A stretch of 60,489 bases of DNA from an uncultured Fibrobacterota bacterium (GTDB lineage Bacteria > Fibrobacterota > Chitinivibrionia > Chitinivibrionales > CAYFVL01): NCBI GenBank assembly GCA_964346405.1, contig CAYFVL010000002.1, positions 1-60,489 on the forward strand, in the 5' to 3' direction. Position 1 is the stretch's first letter, and every line of letters starts with the position of its first letter. The notes under the pieces are model-generated. The model did no database searches. It saw only the letters and a program-made list of their open reading frames with translations, and was not told where the DNA came from. Of the stretch, positions 35,440-45,123 are shown piece after piece. The translations under genes and the position numbers were made by a program.

Positions 35440-37335
35440 GTGATACGATGGAAAGGTACGGGGGCGGCACTGGTTGCCGGATGTGTCGCGGTTGCGGCTT
35501 TGGTTGCCGGTGCGGATGCACAGGTCGGTGAATGGCGGGTTGTCGGTGCACCGGAGGGCCAGGAGACGTTCGGCCTATTGCATGTCGACGGTACGGTATT
35601 CGCTCGTGCGGAATTGCCCTCCAATATACCCGGCGGCGATGCATGGAGTGTCAAAATGCTGGGCTATGAGAGTGTCAATGCAGGGGCGGAATGGTCCAGA
35701 TCGGGAGTTGTGCTCCCGGCCGGCGGAACCGCGTTCACCGATCCGCCTGTTGCAATCGGCAACACCATCTACGTCCACGCCGGGCGGAGTACCTACCGTT
35801 CGGATGACAAAGGACGCACATGGAGCGAACTCAGCGGACCGTCAGGCTACGCCTCGTTCTATCGTCATATGTACTGGTCGGGCACGGTGCTTTCCATTGG
35901 CAAGTACGTGTGCGATCTATCGGAGGGAACGTGGTCGCAGGTTCCCGTCAACTCAGTCGATATCCATCAGCTTTCCCGATTCGCCAAGCTCGATGGGCGC
36001 ATGGTGGCGGTAAGCAGCCGCACCGGATTGTTCTACTCCGATGACGACGGAACGTCGTGGAGCCCCTCTTCGTTCGAACCGGAATGCGTTTCCATCTACA
36101 CAATGAACGATCGGGTGTACGCGGTCGCGGGAGACAGTTCAGGACTGTACGTGTCGAACGACGGGGGTGCACGTTTTACCCGGACGAACGCCGATATAAA
36201 GAGAGGATTCCTGAGGGGTGCCCGCGGAGAGCTATACTGTGTCGATAGAATCGGCAATGCGCTCTACCGGATATCGTCTGACGGTGCAACGGTCACTCCG
36301 GCGACGGTCGGGCCGTGGAGAGAGATTCACGACGTGGACGCGTCGGAGAACTATCTCCTGGCAGCCACGGACATCGGCGTATTCCGTTCGGTCGATGATG
36401 GTCGTACGTGGTATGCGGCCAACAAGGGCTTGGGGTACCAGACGATCACCAGGATGACCGCCGCCGGTTTCGAGGGCGACACGCTCTACTGCGTGACCGA
36501 TGACGGTGTATGGCGGTCGACCAGCCATGGTGAGCGGTGGAAGAATATCGGGATGCATGGGATTCCGATGTACGATGTCGTTTCGCACGGTGGGAAGGTT
36601 TACGCCACAGGTGACGACAAAATCTACGTGAGCGGTAATCACGGCGCGACATGGGACGAGATCGCTGTCTCGACCAACGACTATGTCGGCGGCTATCCGA
36701 GCCTGTTCGTGTACGAAGGTGATGTTTACTTTAACAACACGCAAACGCTGTCACTCATTTCCGGTCTGTCGCTCGAGGCCAAGGCCTCGGATCCGGGAAG
36801 GTGCTGGGTTGCCGACGGCTACGTCTATTCAACGAATGCCAAGCGAACCACCGATTTCGCCTCCTGGGAGGATTTGACGGGCCTCGCGAATCCTCACCAC
36901 GTTCGGGCCGGGTTCGTCTCAACCGCGACACACGTGTTCGCAGGAATGCTCAACAGCCGGTTCGAGCCGTTCAACGACCAGGCCTACCGTTCCGCCGACG
37001 GCACGGCGTTTGTGGGGCTCGATGGCGGGCTCAGACAGGGGGTCGGTGCGAGTGGAGACTGTTGGCTTTCGGCCATCTGCGCGCGCGGGGATACGGTGTA
37101 CGCGTTCGAAGAAGACGGCGGTTCATTTCGTTCGGAAGTCAAATATGTCACATCGACCGGCTCTCGATGGAACCGGTTCGACAACGTAACCGACAACACG
37201 GGTCTGGGCATGTATACTACGATGGTGGCCACCCGCCGAAGTCTGCATTTTGGGGGGCATCGTTATGATTCGAGGAGGTCCCCGCCGCACCCCCGACGGT
37301 CGACACCACGATATACGTTGACCCGTTGTCCGTGA
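35440..37335 (+). CDS. Secreted BNR/Asp-box beta-propeller protein, interrupted near its 3' end
   Basis: Asp-box repeats: SDDKGRTWSEL, SDDDGTSWSPS, SNDGGARFTRT, SVDDGRTWYAA, STSHGERWKNI, SGNHGATWDEI. GTG 35440 follows GGAGGAGGGG and starts a signal-like IRWKGTGAALVAGCVAVAALVAGADA; ATG 35410 is an alternative start. The last ~20 residues (SRRSPPHPRRSTPRYTLTRCP) look out of frame. Confidence 0.7.
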   Translation: MIRWKGTGAALVAGCVAVAALVAGADAQVGEWRVVGAPEGQETFGLLHVDGTVFARAELPSNIPGGDAWSVKMLGYESVNAGAEWSRSGVVLPAGGTAFTDPPVAIGNTIYVHAGRSTYRSDDKGRTWSELSGPSGYASFYRHMYWSGTVLSIGKYVCDLSEGTWSQVPVNSVDIHQLSRFAKLDGRMVAVSSRTGLFYSDDDGTSWSPSSFEPECVSIYTMNDRVYAVAGDSSGLYVSNDGGARFTRTNADIKRGFLRGARGELYCVDRIGNALYRISSDGATVTPATVGPWREIHDVDASENYLLAATDIGVFRSVDDGRTWYAANKGLGYQTITRMTAAGFEGDTLYCVTDDGVWRSTSHGERWKNIGMHGIPMYDVVSHGGKVYATGDDKIYVSGNHGATWDEIAVSTNDYVGGYPSLFVYEGDVYFNNTQTLSLISGLSLEAKASDPGRCWVADGYVYSTNAKRTTDFASWEDLTGLANPHHVRAGFVSTATHVFAGMLNSRFEPFNDQAYRSADGTAFVGLDGGLRQGVGASGDCWLSAICARGDTVYAFEEDGGSFRSEVKYVTSTGSRWNRFDNVTDNTGLGMYTTMVATRRSLHFGGHRYDSRRSPPHPRRSTPRYTLTRCP

Positions 37336-37619
37336 GCACCCCTCGACCCGTGCGTAGTGTGAAAAGCGGGACGGCGATTCTGCGTCACGCGTCCTCTGGC
37401 GTCCTATGTCTCAGCCTCGCTTCAGAGTTCGGCCGCGTCACTCGTATTCAGGTACTTGACGCCCGCGGCCGGGTCGTCCGGGCTATGTCGCCGGCGACGG
37501 CGGAAACCGACGGGGGCCATGTAAGGCTCCCCACGGCGGGACTTGGGGCGGGGATGTACCTCGTGCATGTGGTCGGCGTAAAGAGTAAAAGCACGTTTGG
37601 TCCCGCATGGGTCGACTAG
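37269..37619 (+). pseudogene. Detached T9SS C-terminal domain belonging to the BNR gene (a -1 frame relative to it)
   Basis: This frame is open from 37269 and reads FEEVPAAPPTVDTTIYVDPLSV...RIQVLDARGRVVRAM...GAGMYLVHVVGVKSKSTFGPAWVD, a typical sorting-domain end. Confidence 0.65.
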
Positions 37620-37783
37620 CCCAAGTTTCGCAATAAACTCACGGCATTATGCGTAAGCTGTTGCACGATCTTACGCATGATGCTCTACCCCTCGATGTTT
37701 CGACTACGCTCAACACAACGCTTCGCTCGGGGCATCGCCTCGGCTCCGCTCGGTACGGCGTCTCTCGACTGCGAAACTTGGGG
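37617..37783. mobile_element. MITE family 1 copy (167 bp)
   Basis: It starts TAGCCCAAGTTTCGCA and ends TGCGAAACTTGGG. Its first three bases are the TAG stop of the preceding ORF. Confidence 0.8.
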
Positions 37784-37877
37784 GTACACCGCGATCGCCT
37801 TCCATCTCCTCCGCGGAAAGTGAAGTCGGCAAAGGAGCCACATTTTACTTTACACTAAACGAATGAGGTTGCAATAG

Positions 37878-39335
37878 TCATCTCCCAACCATTGATTCGC
37901 ACAAATCGATCAGCTCGATCTCCTTTTCCCGTCCGGGGACATGGTATTCCCAAAGCGCATCGCGGACTTCGCTCAATGAACTCCGGACATGTGGACTTTC
38001 GCGTAGAATTTCCGCATACTCCCCAACGGCTTGTGCAAAATAGAATCTATCTGAACCGGCTCCCGATTGAAGGCCGAGGAATTCAACCAGTGTTCCGCTG
38101 TTGCCGGATACGGAATCCACGTATTTCAGGACGACTCTTCCCACTTGAGATGCGCCATTGGGTATCATTTCCAGTTCATAGAGGGCTGTAACACTGTGGC
38201 CTGAGCCGATTTCTCCTCCATCGGTGGTATCATGTCCGAAAGCATTGTCCTCAATCGCTCTGTTTTCGTAGCCAATCAATCGGTACCGCTTCACAGCGTC
38301 TGCATTGAAGCAGACCTGTACCTTCACGTCTTGGGCAACCACCTCCACCACCGAGCTGAGTTCTTCACCAAACAGGCGGTCGGCTTCCTCTTTACTATCA
38401 AGGTAGTAGTAATTGCCGTTTCCTTTGTCCGCCAGTTGCTCCATCATCTGATCATTATAGTTACCCGTGCCGAAACCCAGTGTAGAAAGGAAAATGTCTT
38501 GATTCACATATTCTTCTATTTGCTCGAGTATTTCCTCGTGAGTGCCTGCCCCGACATTCGCATCTCCATCGGAACATACGATTACCCGATTCACACCGTT
38601 CTCAAGGAACCGGTTCTTGTTGAGAGAGTAAGCATTATTCAATCCCGCCGCCATCGCGGTACTACCTTCCGATGTCAGCCCCGCCAGGATTTCCTTTATT
38701 TCCTCCCGTCCACGATCTTCTATTCCAGTAGGATGAAGAACTGTTTTGGCGGTTCCCGCATAGGTGCACACGGACAGCATATCATCGGTTTTCATTTTGT
38801 CTATAAGAAGGTAAAGGCATTGCTTCACGAATTCAAGTCGTGAAGACATCGACCCGGAGACGTCTACGAGAAATGTCAGATTCCAGGGTGCACGCTCTGC
38901 TGAGGGTTCCCGCCCCTGAATGCCTATCCTCAGGACATGCAGACTGTCTCCCCGGAAAAGCGAAGGCCCGACATCGGTGTAAACTGCGAATGGTGCGGTT
39001 TCGGGCACTGCATAGCCATAATCAAAGTAGTTCACGTATTCCTCGACCCGCACCGAATTGGCCGGAGGACGGACGCCCTGTCTGATTTTCTTTCTGCCAA
39101 AGGTATATGAACCGGCATCAACGTCGACCCCAAAGGTAGACAGGCTGTCCTGGATTGTAGACACGAACTGGTTCGTACCATACTCACCGAAGCGCTCCGT
39201 GCCTGGATAGTAATCGTTGAAAACCCCACTTTCGGACCTGGATGGTTGATTCACGTCCGTGGAGCATCCGAGAATGGAAAGCGTAAGGCCAAGGCCAAAA
39301 AATCTCAAGACAACTGCGTGCTCCAGTTTCCCCAC
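37878..39335 (-). CDS. von Willebrand factor type A (vWA) domain lipoprotein, YfbK-like
   Basis: GTG 39335 follows a GGAGGGG RBS. The lipobox-like signal is LRFFGLGLTLSILGCS. Motifs: VEEYVNYFDYGY, the MIDAS-type FLVDVSGSMSS, and VCSDGDANVG. The longer ORF to 39440 runs into a repeat and is unlikely to be translated. Confidence 0.75.
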   Translation of the reverse strand: MGKLEHAVVLRFFGLGLTLSILGCSTDVNQPSRSESGVFNDYYPGTERFGEYGTNQFVSTIQDSLSTFGVDVDAGSYTFGRKKIRQGVRPPANSVRVEEYVNYFDYGYAVPETAPFAVYTDVGPSLFRGDSLHVLRIGIQGREPSAERAPWNLTFLVDVSGSMSSRLEFVKQCLYLLIDKMKTDDMLSVCTYAGTAKTVLHPTGIEDRGREEIKEILAGLTSEGSTAMAAGLNNAYSLNKNRFLENGVNRVIVCSDGDANVGAGTHEEILEQIEEYVNQDIFLSTLGFGTGNYNDQMMEQLADKGNGNYYYLDSKEEADRLFGEELSSVVEVVAQDVKVQVCFNADAVKRYRLIGYENRAIEDNAFGHDTTDGGEIGSGHSVTALYELEMIPNGASQVGRVVLKYVDSVSGNSGTLVEFLGLQSGAGSDRFYFAQAVGEYAEILRESPHVRSSLSEVRDALWEYHVPGREKEIELIDLCESMVGR

Positions 39336-39365
39336 TGTCCCCTCCCCTTTTGTTTTTGTTGCCCC

Positions 39366-39391
39366 CGAAACCTGGGCTAGCCCAAGTTTCG
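39366..39391. repeat. 26-bp palindrome made of two MITE family 1 termini joined at a shared TA
   Basis: The sequence is CGAAACCTGGGC-TA-GCCCAAGTTTCG, with one mismatch between the arms. Confidence 0.8.
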
Positions 39392-40124
39392 GGTGTATTT
39401 TCTGTGTTGTATGACACATTCGGCCCCTGAAATCGCTCACTTTGTTGGGGAGGGGACGGAGCTGCGGCAGTGCATTTTGCCCCCGCCATGTTGTGCCATG
39501 GGGACGGAGCTGCAGTCATGCATTTCCGATTTCTCGACTTGCGGCGTCCTACTAAAGGCCAGAAATCATCTCCCACCTCAGTATTTTCCGTGCTGGAAGG
39601 AATTATACTGCTGCGTCGTGGTTTGACATAGCGATAGCAAGATTCCTCTGCCCTTGCACCTGCATCCTTCTGAAGATCCGGCAATGATCGTGACATGTGG
39701 CCAAACTCGAACGAGTGAAACAAATGGTGTGCGAGTATACACCATAATTCCGGAGTGCAACCATAAATCCGCAATCAATTGATAGGAAATTGCTTTTGCT
39801 GTGATCCACAAGTTTTCCCCTCACGGTGGTCCCAGCGGGAGGAGACGCTCGGACTCGGATGGAGACGGAACCCCATGGGTCCATCAACACATGCACTTCT
39901 GATCAAGTTTTCTGGATTATGAGTCAGGTATTCGGTGGTGACTCTCGGGGTCCGAGGCCTTAAATTATTACCAGGGGCCGTCACGAAATAAGCACTAGCT
40001 TTCACTGATAATTTCGCGATTCCCGCGGTGGGTGCCGCCCGTCTGGGGCTTCGAATGCATATTCTCTCACCGCCGAATGTCTGAACAGTTTCAAAAACCC
40101 AAACTCCAGCCGGAGGCATGCGAA

Positions 40125-42938
40125 ATGCATATAAACCCGAAAACCGCTCTGCTGATTAGCGTTCTTCTGCTATCAAACTCGCTTCTCAGGGCTGATATAG
40201 CGGAAAATGTCCGCCAAAGCTGGGAAGACGAGTATCTCCATACCGCCTTTCACCTCGATAGGTATACAAAACTCAAAGACGATTATCATCAGAGGCTGGA
40301 AAATGAAACCTATGACCCCCAGGCTTACATCATGCCCGAAGATACCGATCCCCTGGATGTCGTTATTCGCCGAACCGAAGCACTGATTGCCGATCTCACG
40401 GCTAAAAGTGTCGCCGGTCTGAGTTCATATTCCGACAATCTGGCTTCCATAAAGTCCCTGGCACAAGGCATGACGAACAAAGAAGAGCGTCGGGCGAAAT
40501 ATCGGGAGGTTCGCGAAATTCAGAGAACGGTTGCTTTCAAGAATCCGCTTCTGACGGCGGATACGCTTCTTTTCAATCGATTCTGGATTCCAAACGCCAA
40601 GAACCGTAGCCACATGGTGAACCAGTATCTCAAATGCCGAGACTGGTCACCGGCCCGAATCTGTTATCTTCTCAATCCCTGGAGTGATAATCCCAGTGTA
40701 GTCGACGTTCTCGAAAACTCAGTGGCTGAGAACGGTACGTGGAAGGGCGAAAAACTCGGCGATTGTGCAATTCAACCCGATATTTCTTTTGACGGTAACA
40801 AGATCGCGTTCTCGTATGATCTCAACCTGTTTACCGTGAATAGGGACGGATCCGAATTGCGGCAGATTACAGAAGCCGGAGGGCAAGGTGATTGGGACCC
40901 CTGTTGGCTTCCCGGCGACGAACGGCTGGTTTTCGTGTCTCTTCGGCGGGGCGGCAGTGGACGCTGTCATACTAAACCGACTTTTTGTTTGTACGGATGC
41001 AAAAGTGACGGCTCCGACCTGATTCCCATTAGCTATCACGAGACAAATGAATGGCACCCGAGTATCAATAATGACGGGAAGCTCGTGTATTGTCGATGGG
41101 ACTATGTTGACCGCGATTCCGATATCGCTCACCATATCTGGATAAGCGGTCCCGACGGTACCGATCCACGCGCGCCGCACGGAAATTACCCTCATCCGTA
41201 TCATACTCTGGATGCCGATATCCCGTGGTACAAACGGCCGAATGCCGGTCGCGGCACTCGACCATGGATGGAAATGAATATTCGTTCAATTCCGTCTTCG
41301 GTGAAATACGTCGCTACCGCCGCCCCACATCATGGCCGCGCATTCGGGTCGCTGGTTATTATCGATCCGTCCGTTGCCGACGACGGCAACATGAGTCAGG
41401 TGAAGCGGTTGAATCCATTGGATCCTTTTCCCGAGTCGGAAGGACCCAAAAATTCATTGATCTGGGGAACCGCATACCCGCTGAGCGAAGATTATTTCAT
41501 CTGCTCTCACGACCCGAAACTGTCACAATACCGATATCCCCGCGAAAAAGATGGTTATATCAATGTGCATGACGAGAGCAAAAACCACCCAATCAAGCAC
41601 AACCTGTATCTTCTCGACCGGTTCGGTAATTTGCAGTTGCTTTGGGCTTTTGACGACAGCGTTTCATCGATCGACCCCATTCCACTCGAGCCGCGGGATT
41701 CGCCGCCTATCGTGCCGACCAGAACCTTTCAGGGTGAGCGTAGCGGCAGTGACGAGCACTACCGGGCAACGATAAGCATCAATAATGTGTATGAAGCCGA
41801 CATGCCGTGGCCCGAGGACTACAACATCAAATGGATGCGTATCGTGCAACTGTTCCCCTGTCCCAGCAGCGTCAATACGCCCAGTTCCGGACCTCACGGG
41901 GCAAATACCCGAATGTCTTTGGGAATAGTCCCGGTTGAGGACGACGGCAGTGTATACTGTGAGGCACCAATCGAGAAAGCCATATACTTTCAATTGCTCG
42001 ATGAGAACAAAATGGCGGTGCATTCCATGCGATCCGATGCATTTGTGCATCCGGGGGAGAACCTGTCCTGTATCGGATGTCATGAGGACAAGCTGACAGT
42101 GCCGGTGCCAACTACGAACAAGGCAATGAAACGTGCACCAAGTCGGCCGGAGCCTGAAGCGATCGGACTCGAGCCCATAAGTTTTCCCCGGCACATACGA
42201 CCAATTCTGGAGAGCAACAACTGTGTGGGCTGTCATAAGGACAAGAATGCTTCGGGTCCCCAGTACCTGGTTTACGATTCCATCGCGGGATACCGCAAAA
42301 GCGACCTGAAGGAACCGGGATATCTTTTCTTTTTCCATGGGTCGGGTAACGGTCACATTGGAAAAGACATGGTAGGCGGTTCACGAACCATTCCCGGCTA
42401 TTTCGGCGCTAACTACTCCAGAATGGGTAAAAAACTGTTGGAGCAAGAACACCGTCAGCGCCTTACCGAAGAAGAGTTCCACAAGATCATGACCTGGATA
42501 GATTGTAATTCAATGCAGTACGGCGCCTACACAAAAGACGAACAGGCGAGAGAGGAGGCCGGTGAACTGGTCTGGCCGAAGTATGATGCCACCCCCGGTA
42601 ATATTCAGGGACTCGAGCTGGACCGACAGATTAACGGTGATCCCGTTAAATATGCGGAACGAAAGATCGCAACAGCTCCAAATCTCGCTACTCCCCGAAT
42701 ATCGATCACGATGCATGGCATCACGGTCGAGAATGGCGATGGGCTTCTGAAGGGAATCCGGGTGTTCGACGCTCGTGGAAGCCTGGTAGCGAGGTATGAA
42801 CAAACCGATACCGCGGTCAACAGAAACCATGTTTCTTTAAATGGGTTGAGACCCGGCGCCTATATCGTTTCGGTACGGCTCCGTACCGGTGATCATAAGC
42901 GACGGAAATTGACGATCGTGCAGCGTGCCCCACGGTAA
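40125..42938 (+). CDS. Secreted beta-propeller / di-heme c protein with T9SS C-terminal domain, paralog P4 (most divergent)
   Basis: ATG 40125 lies 8 nt after GGAGG and starts MHINPKTALLISVLLLSNSLLRA. Motifs: SYHETNEWHPSINNDGKLVYCRWDYVDRD, DGTDPRAPHGNYP, NLSCIGCHEDK, NNCVGCHKDK. Tail: GAYIVSVRLRTGDHKRRKLTIV. Confidence 0.85.
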   Translation: MHINPKTALLISVLLLSNSLLRADIAENVRQSWEDEYLHTAFHLDRYTKLKDDYHQRLENETYDPQAYIMPEDTDPLDVVIRRTEALIADLTAKSVAGLSSYSDNLASIKSLAQGMTNKEERRAKYREVREIQRTVAFKNPLLTADTLLFNRFWIPNAKNRSHMVNQYLKCRDWSPARICYLLNPWSDNPSVVDVLENSVAENGTWKGEKLGDCAIQPDISFDGNKIAFSYDLNLFTVNRDGSELRQITEAGGQGDWDPCWLPGDERLVFVSLRRGGSGRCHTKPTFCLYGCKSDGSDLIPISYHETNEWHPSINNDGKLVYCRWDYVDRDSDIAHHIWISGPDGTDPRAPHGNYPHPYHTLDADIPWYKRPNAGRGTRPWMEMNIRSIPSSVKYVATAAPHHGRAFGSLVIIDPSVADDGNMSQVKRLNPLDPFPESEGPKNSLIWGTAYPLSEDYFICSHDPKLSQYRYPREKDGYINVHDESKNHPIKHNLYLLDRFGNLQLLWAFDDSVSSIDPIPLEPRDSPPIVPTRTFQGERSGSDEHYRATISINNVYEADMPWPEDYNIKWMRIVQLFPCPSSVNTPSSGPHGANTRMSLGIVPVEDDGSVYCEAPIEKAIYFQLLDENKMAVHSMRSDAFVHPGENLSCIGCHEDKLTVPVPTTNKAMKRAPSRPEPEAIGLEPISFPRHIRPILESNNCVGCHKDKNASGPQYLVYDSIAGYRKSDLKEPGYLFFFHGSGNGHIGKDMVGGSRTIPGYFGANYSRMGKKLLEQEHRQRLTEEEFHKIMTWIDCNSMQYGAYTKDEQAREEAGELVWPKYDATPGNIQGLELDRQINGDPVKYAERKIATAPNLATPRISITMHGITVENGDGLLKGIRVFDARGSLVARYEQTDTAVNRNHVSLNGLRPGAYIVSVRLRTGDHKRRKLTIVQRAPR

Positions 42939-42969
42939 TCGAACCGTCGCAGGGATGACGATGATTCCA

Positions 42970-43013
42970 CCCCGCATACTTGTGCTTTGGCCGGGTATGC
43001 GGGGCTCTTTTTT
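42970..43013 (+). terminator. Rho-independent terminator after P4
   Basis: The stem is CCCCGCATAC (42970-42979) / GTATGCGGGG (42995-43004), followed by CTCTTTTTT. Confidence 0.75.
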
Positions 43014-43072
43014 GGGGTCAAACGATAGAATTGCTCACGCAGAATGCCGTGAGTCGGCGCGCTAAACCTCGT

Positions 43073-44581
43073 TCAGTGCTTGTTCGAATGTCTGCCGCCA
43101 AAGCCAACCCTTCTTTTTCCGTCTTTAAGAACCTTCAGACCAGGGGCGTCGCCGGTCGCAGCCGTTCTTCCCCGCAAGTCATATCTTCTGGATGACCCCG
43201 ATTGACCGGTTATCGCTTTCCTGATTGCGGATAGAGGCTTTGTAATGACGGCCGCTTTTTGAGGAACCGGATTCCCGTCCCTGAGAGCCCGACGAAACTC
43301 GCCACTCAAACTCTTTAGTTCTTCGAATTTTTCCGGTTCCTGGTCTATGAGATTGGTTGTTTCACCGATATCTTCGGCCAGATTATACAGCTCGTATTTG
43401 CCATACCCCTGACCCGGCTTGAGTTTCCAGTCACCCATGCGAAGAGAATTTGTGTAGCGAAATGCCAAATGGGGCGATTCTTCATTGTCCGGATCTTTCA
43501 TCAACGGCAAAATGTCATGACCGTCTATCACCCGGTCTGATGGAAGAGCCGCGCCGGCCGCGCCAAGAAAGGTCGGAAAAAAATCCATGGTGGCGGCAAT
43601 TTCATCGGTCGTTTTCCCTTCGGGTATAACTCCGGGCCAACGCACAACAAACGGTACGCGGCTCCCGCCTTCGAAGCTCGATCCTTTACCATCGCGAAAA
43701 GGCGTGTTATCCGCTCGATCACTGCAATCAGCACTGTCCTCCGGGCATTCACGTCCACCGTTATCGGAGGTGAAAACCACCAGCGTGTTTCCATCGAGAT
43801 CGAGTTCTTTGAGCGTATCCAGAAGGCGTCCGGTGTGGTAATCGATCTCCTCCATGACATCGCCGTAAATCCCCTTCTCAGTGGTCCCCCGAAATTCATC
43901 GGTTGCATAGAGCGGAGAATGCGGCATCGTGTGGGGAAGATAGAGGAAAAACGGCTTATCCTTGTTTTCGGTTACAAAGTCGATTGCCTCGTCGGTGTAG
44001 CGTTTCGTGAGGGTTGCCTGATCAACCGGTTCCTCGATTATTTCACCGTTTCTCATCAGGATAGAGGGATTCATGTTATTGCTGTAAGGGATACCGTACC
44101 AGTAGTCGAATCCCCGTCGGTGGGGCAGTTGTTCTTCTTCGGCGTGGCCCAGATGCCACTTGCCGATACAGGCGGTGGCATAACCCGCGGGCTTCAATGC
44201 ATCGGCGAGCGTAATCTCGTCCAGATTCAATCCACCGTCTTCATGTGCATGAACCACGCCCCTAATGCCGGTGCGACCCGGATACCGCCCGGTCATGACC
44301 GAGGCACGCGTGGGCGAACACACCGCCCCGTTGGTGTAAAAACTCGTAAATGTTACGCCCTCCGCGGCCATCTGGTCGATACGAGGGGTACTGAAGCCCT
44401 TGCTTCCGAAGCAGCCTAGATCGGCATAGCCCTGGTCATCGGTAAGTATGAGCACCAGATTTGGTCTGCTCCCCGCGAATTTTCCCGCTTTCACGCCGGT
44501 GTTGAGATACATCGCACCGGCCGCGGCGGCGCTCATTCCTATAAACCCTCGACGGGAAACCGAATGTCCCTTTTCAGACAT
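43073..44581 (-). CDS. Cys-type sulfatase (formylglycine-dependent) with a twin-arginine signal
   Basis: ATG 44581 follows AAAGGAG. The Tat motif is SRRGFIGMSAAAAGA. The sulfatase signature is LILTDDQGYADLGCFG...CSPTRASVMTGRYP (C-x-P-x-R). The 90-codon 5' extension of the raw ORF runs through repeat elements. Confidence 0.85.
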   Translation of the reverse strand: MSEKGHSVSRRGFIGMSAAAAGAMYLNTGVKAGKFAGSRPNLVLILTDDQGYADLGCFGSKGFSTPRIDQMAAEGVTFTSFYTNGAVCSPTRASVMTGRYPGRTGIRGVVHAHEDGGLNLDEITLADALKPAGYATACIGKWHLGHAEEEQLPHRRGFDYWYGIPYSNNMNPSILMRNGEIIEEPVDQATLTKRYTDEAIDFVTENKDKPFFLYLPHTMPHSPLYATDEFRGTTEKGIYGDVMEEIDYHTGRLLDTLKELDLDGNTLVVFTSDNGGRECPEDSADCSDRADNTPFRDGKGSSFEGGSRVPFVVRWPGVIPEGKTTDEIAATMDFFPTFLGAAGAALPSDRVIDGHDILPLMKDPDNEESPHLAFRYTNSLRMGDWKLKPGQGYGKYELYNLAEDIGETTNLIDQEPEKFEELKSLSGEFRRALRDGNPVPQKAAVITKPLSAIRKAITGQSGSSRRYDLRGRTAATGDAPGLKVLKDGKRRVGFGGRHSNKH

Positions 44582-44612
44582 GGTTAGCTCCTTTCTGATA
44601 AACCTGGTCAAA

Positions 44613-44680
44613 TAGTGTCTGTCTGAAAACCCGAGCCGGTGAGCAAACCGGCCGCAAAAGTTTCCGGATTCGCAGTTTAG
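44613..44680. repeat. Partial, degenerate MITE family 2 copy
   Basis: The left terminus TAGTGTCTGTCTGAAAA is recognisable and the right end is not. Confidence 0.45.
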
Positions 44681-44716
44681 AATCGCCGTATCTCCGCGGA
44701 GGTACTTACTTGTGCC

Positions 44717-44900
44717 TAGCCCAGGTTTCGCAATCGACTCACGGCATTCTGCGTGAGCTGTTGCTCTATCCCTCGGCATTTCGACATCGCTCACTTCGAC
44801 ACCGCTCAGTGCAGCGCAGTGCAGCGCAATGCAACGCTCCGCTCGGGACATCGCCTCGGCTCCGCTCGGTACGGCGGTTCTCGACTGCGAAACCAGGGCT
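44717..44900. mobile_element. MITE family 1 copy (184 bp)
   Basis: It runs from TAGCCCAGGTTTCGCA to TGCGAAACCAGGGCT. An internal 10-bp repeat AGTGCAGCGC occurs twice. The interior is collinear with the reverse complement of 15406-15582. Confidence 0.8.
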
Positions 44901-45123
44901 CGTTGTAACGCGTTGCCGGACCGCCGGTCGAGGACACACCAAAGCGGGTTTCGAGACAGGCAATGGCAATAATGTAATTGGATAGACAGTTGTCGACGGA
45001 CGTTTTTGATTTTATACTATATTAAATGAATATAGCGTCAAATCGTATTTTCGAAAGGCGTTTTCTCGTACAGCCACTCTCGAATACGAAATCCGGGTAT
45101 AAAGGCGAATACAGGCGAAAAAT

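Noticed and set aside
44582-44851. Long 5' extensions of raw ORFs: sulfatase to 44851, vWA to 39440, P1 to 10854, P3 to 23377, P4 from 40032, the GH-A genes to 50801 and 52692, the regulator to 55985, the OM barrel from 57854 and GH3 from 32466.
   Set aside because: In each case an internal start codon with a good Shine-Dalgarno-like sequence immediately precedes a signal peptide or aligns with the paralog N-termini. Several of the extensions also run through MITE sequence.
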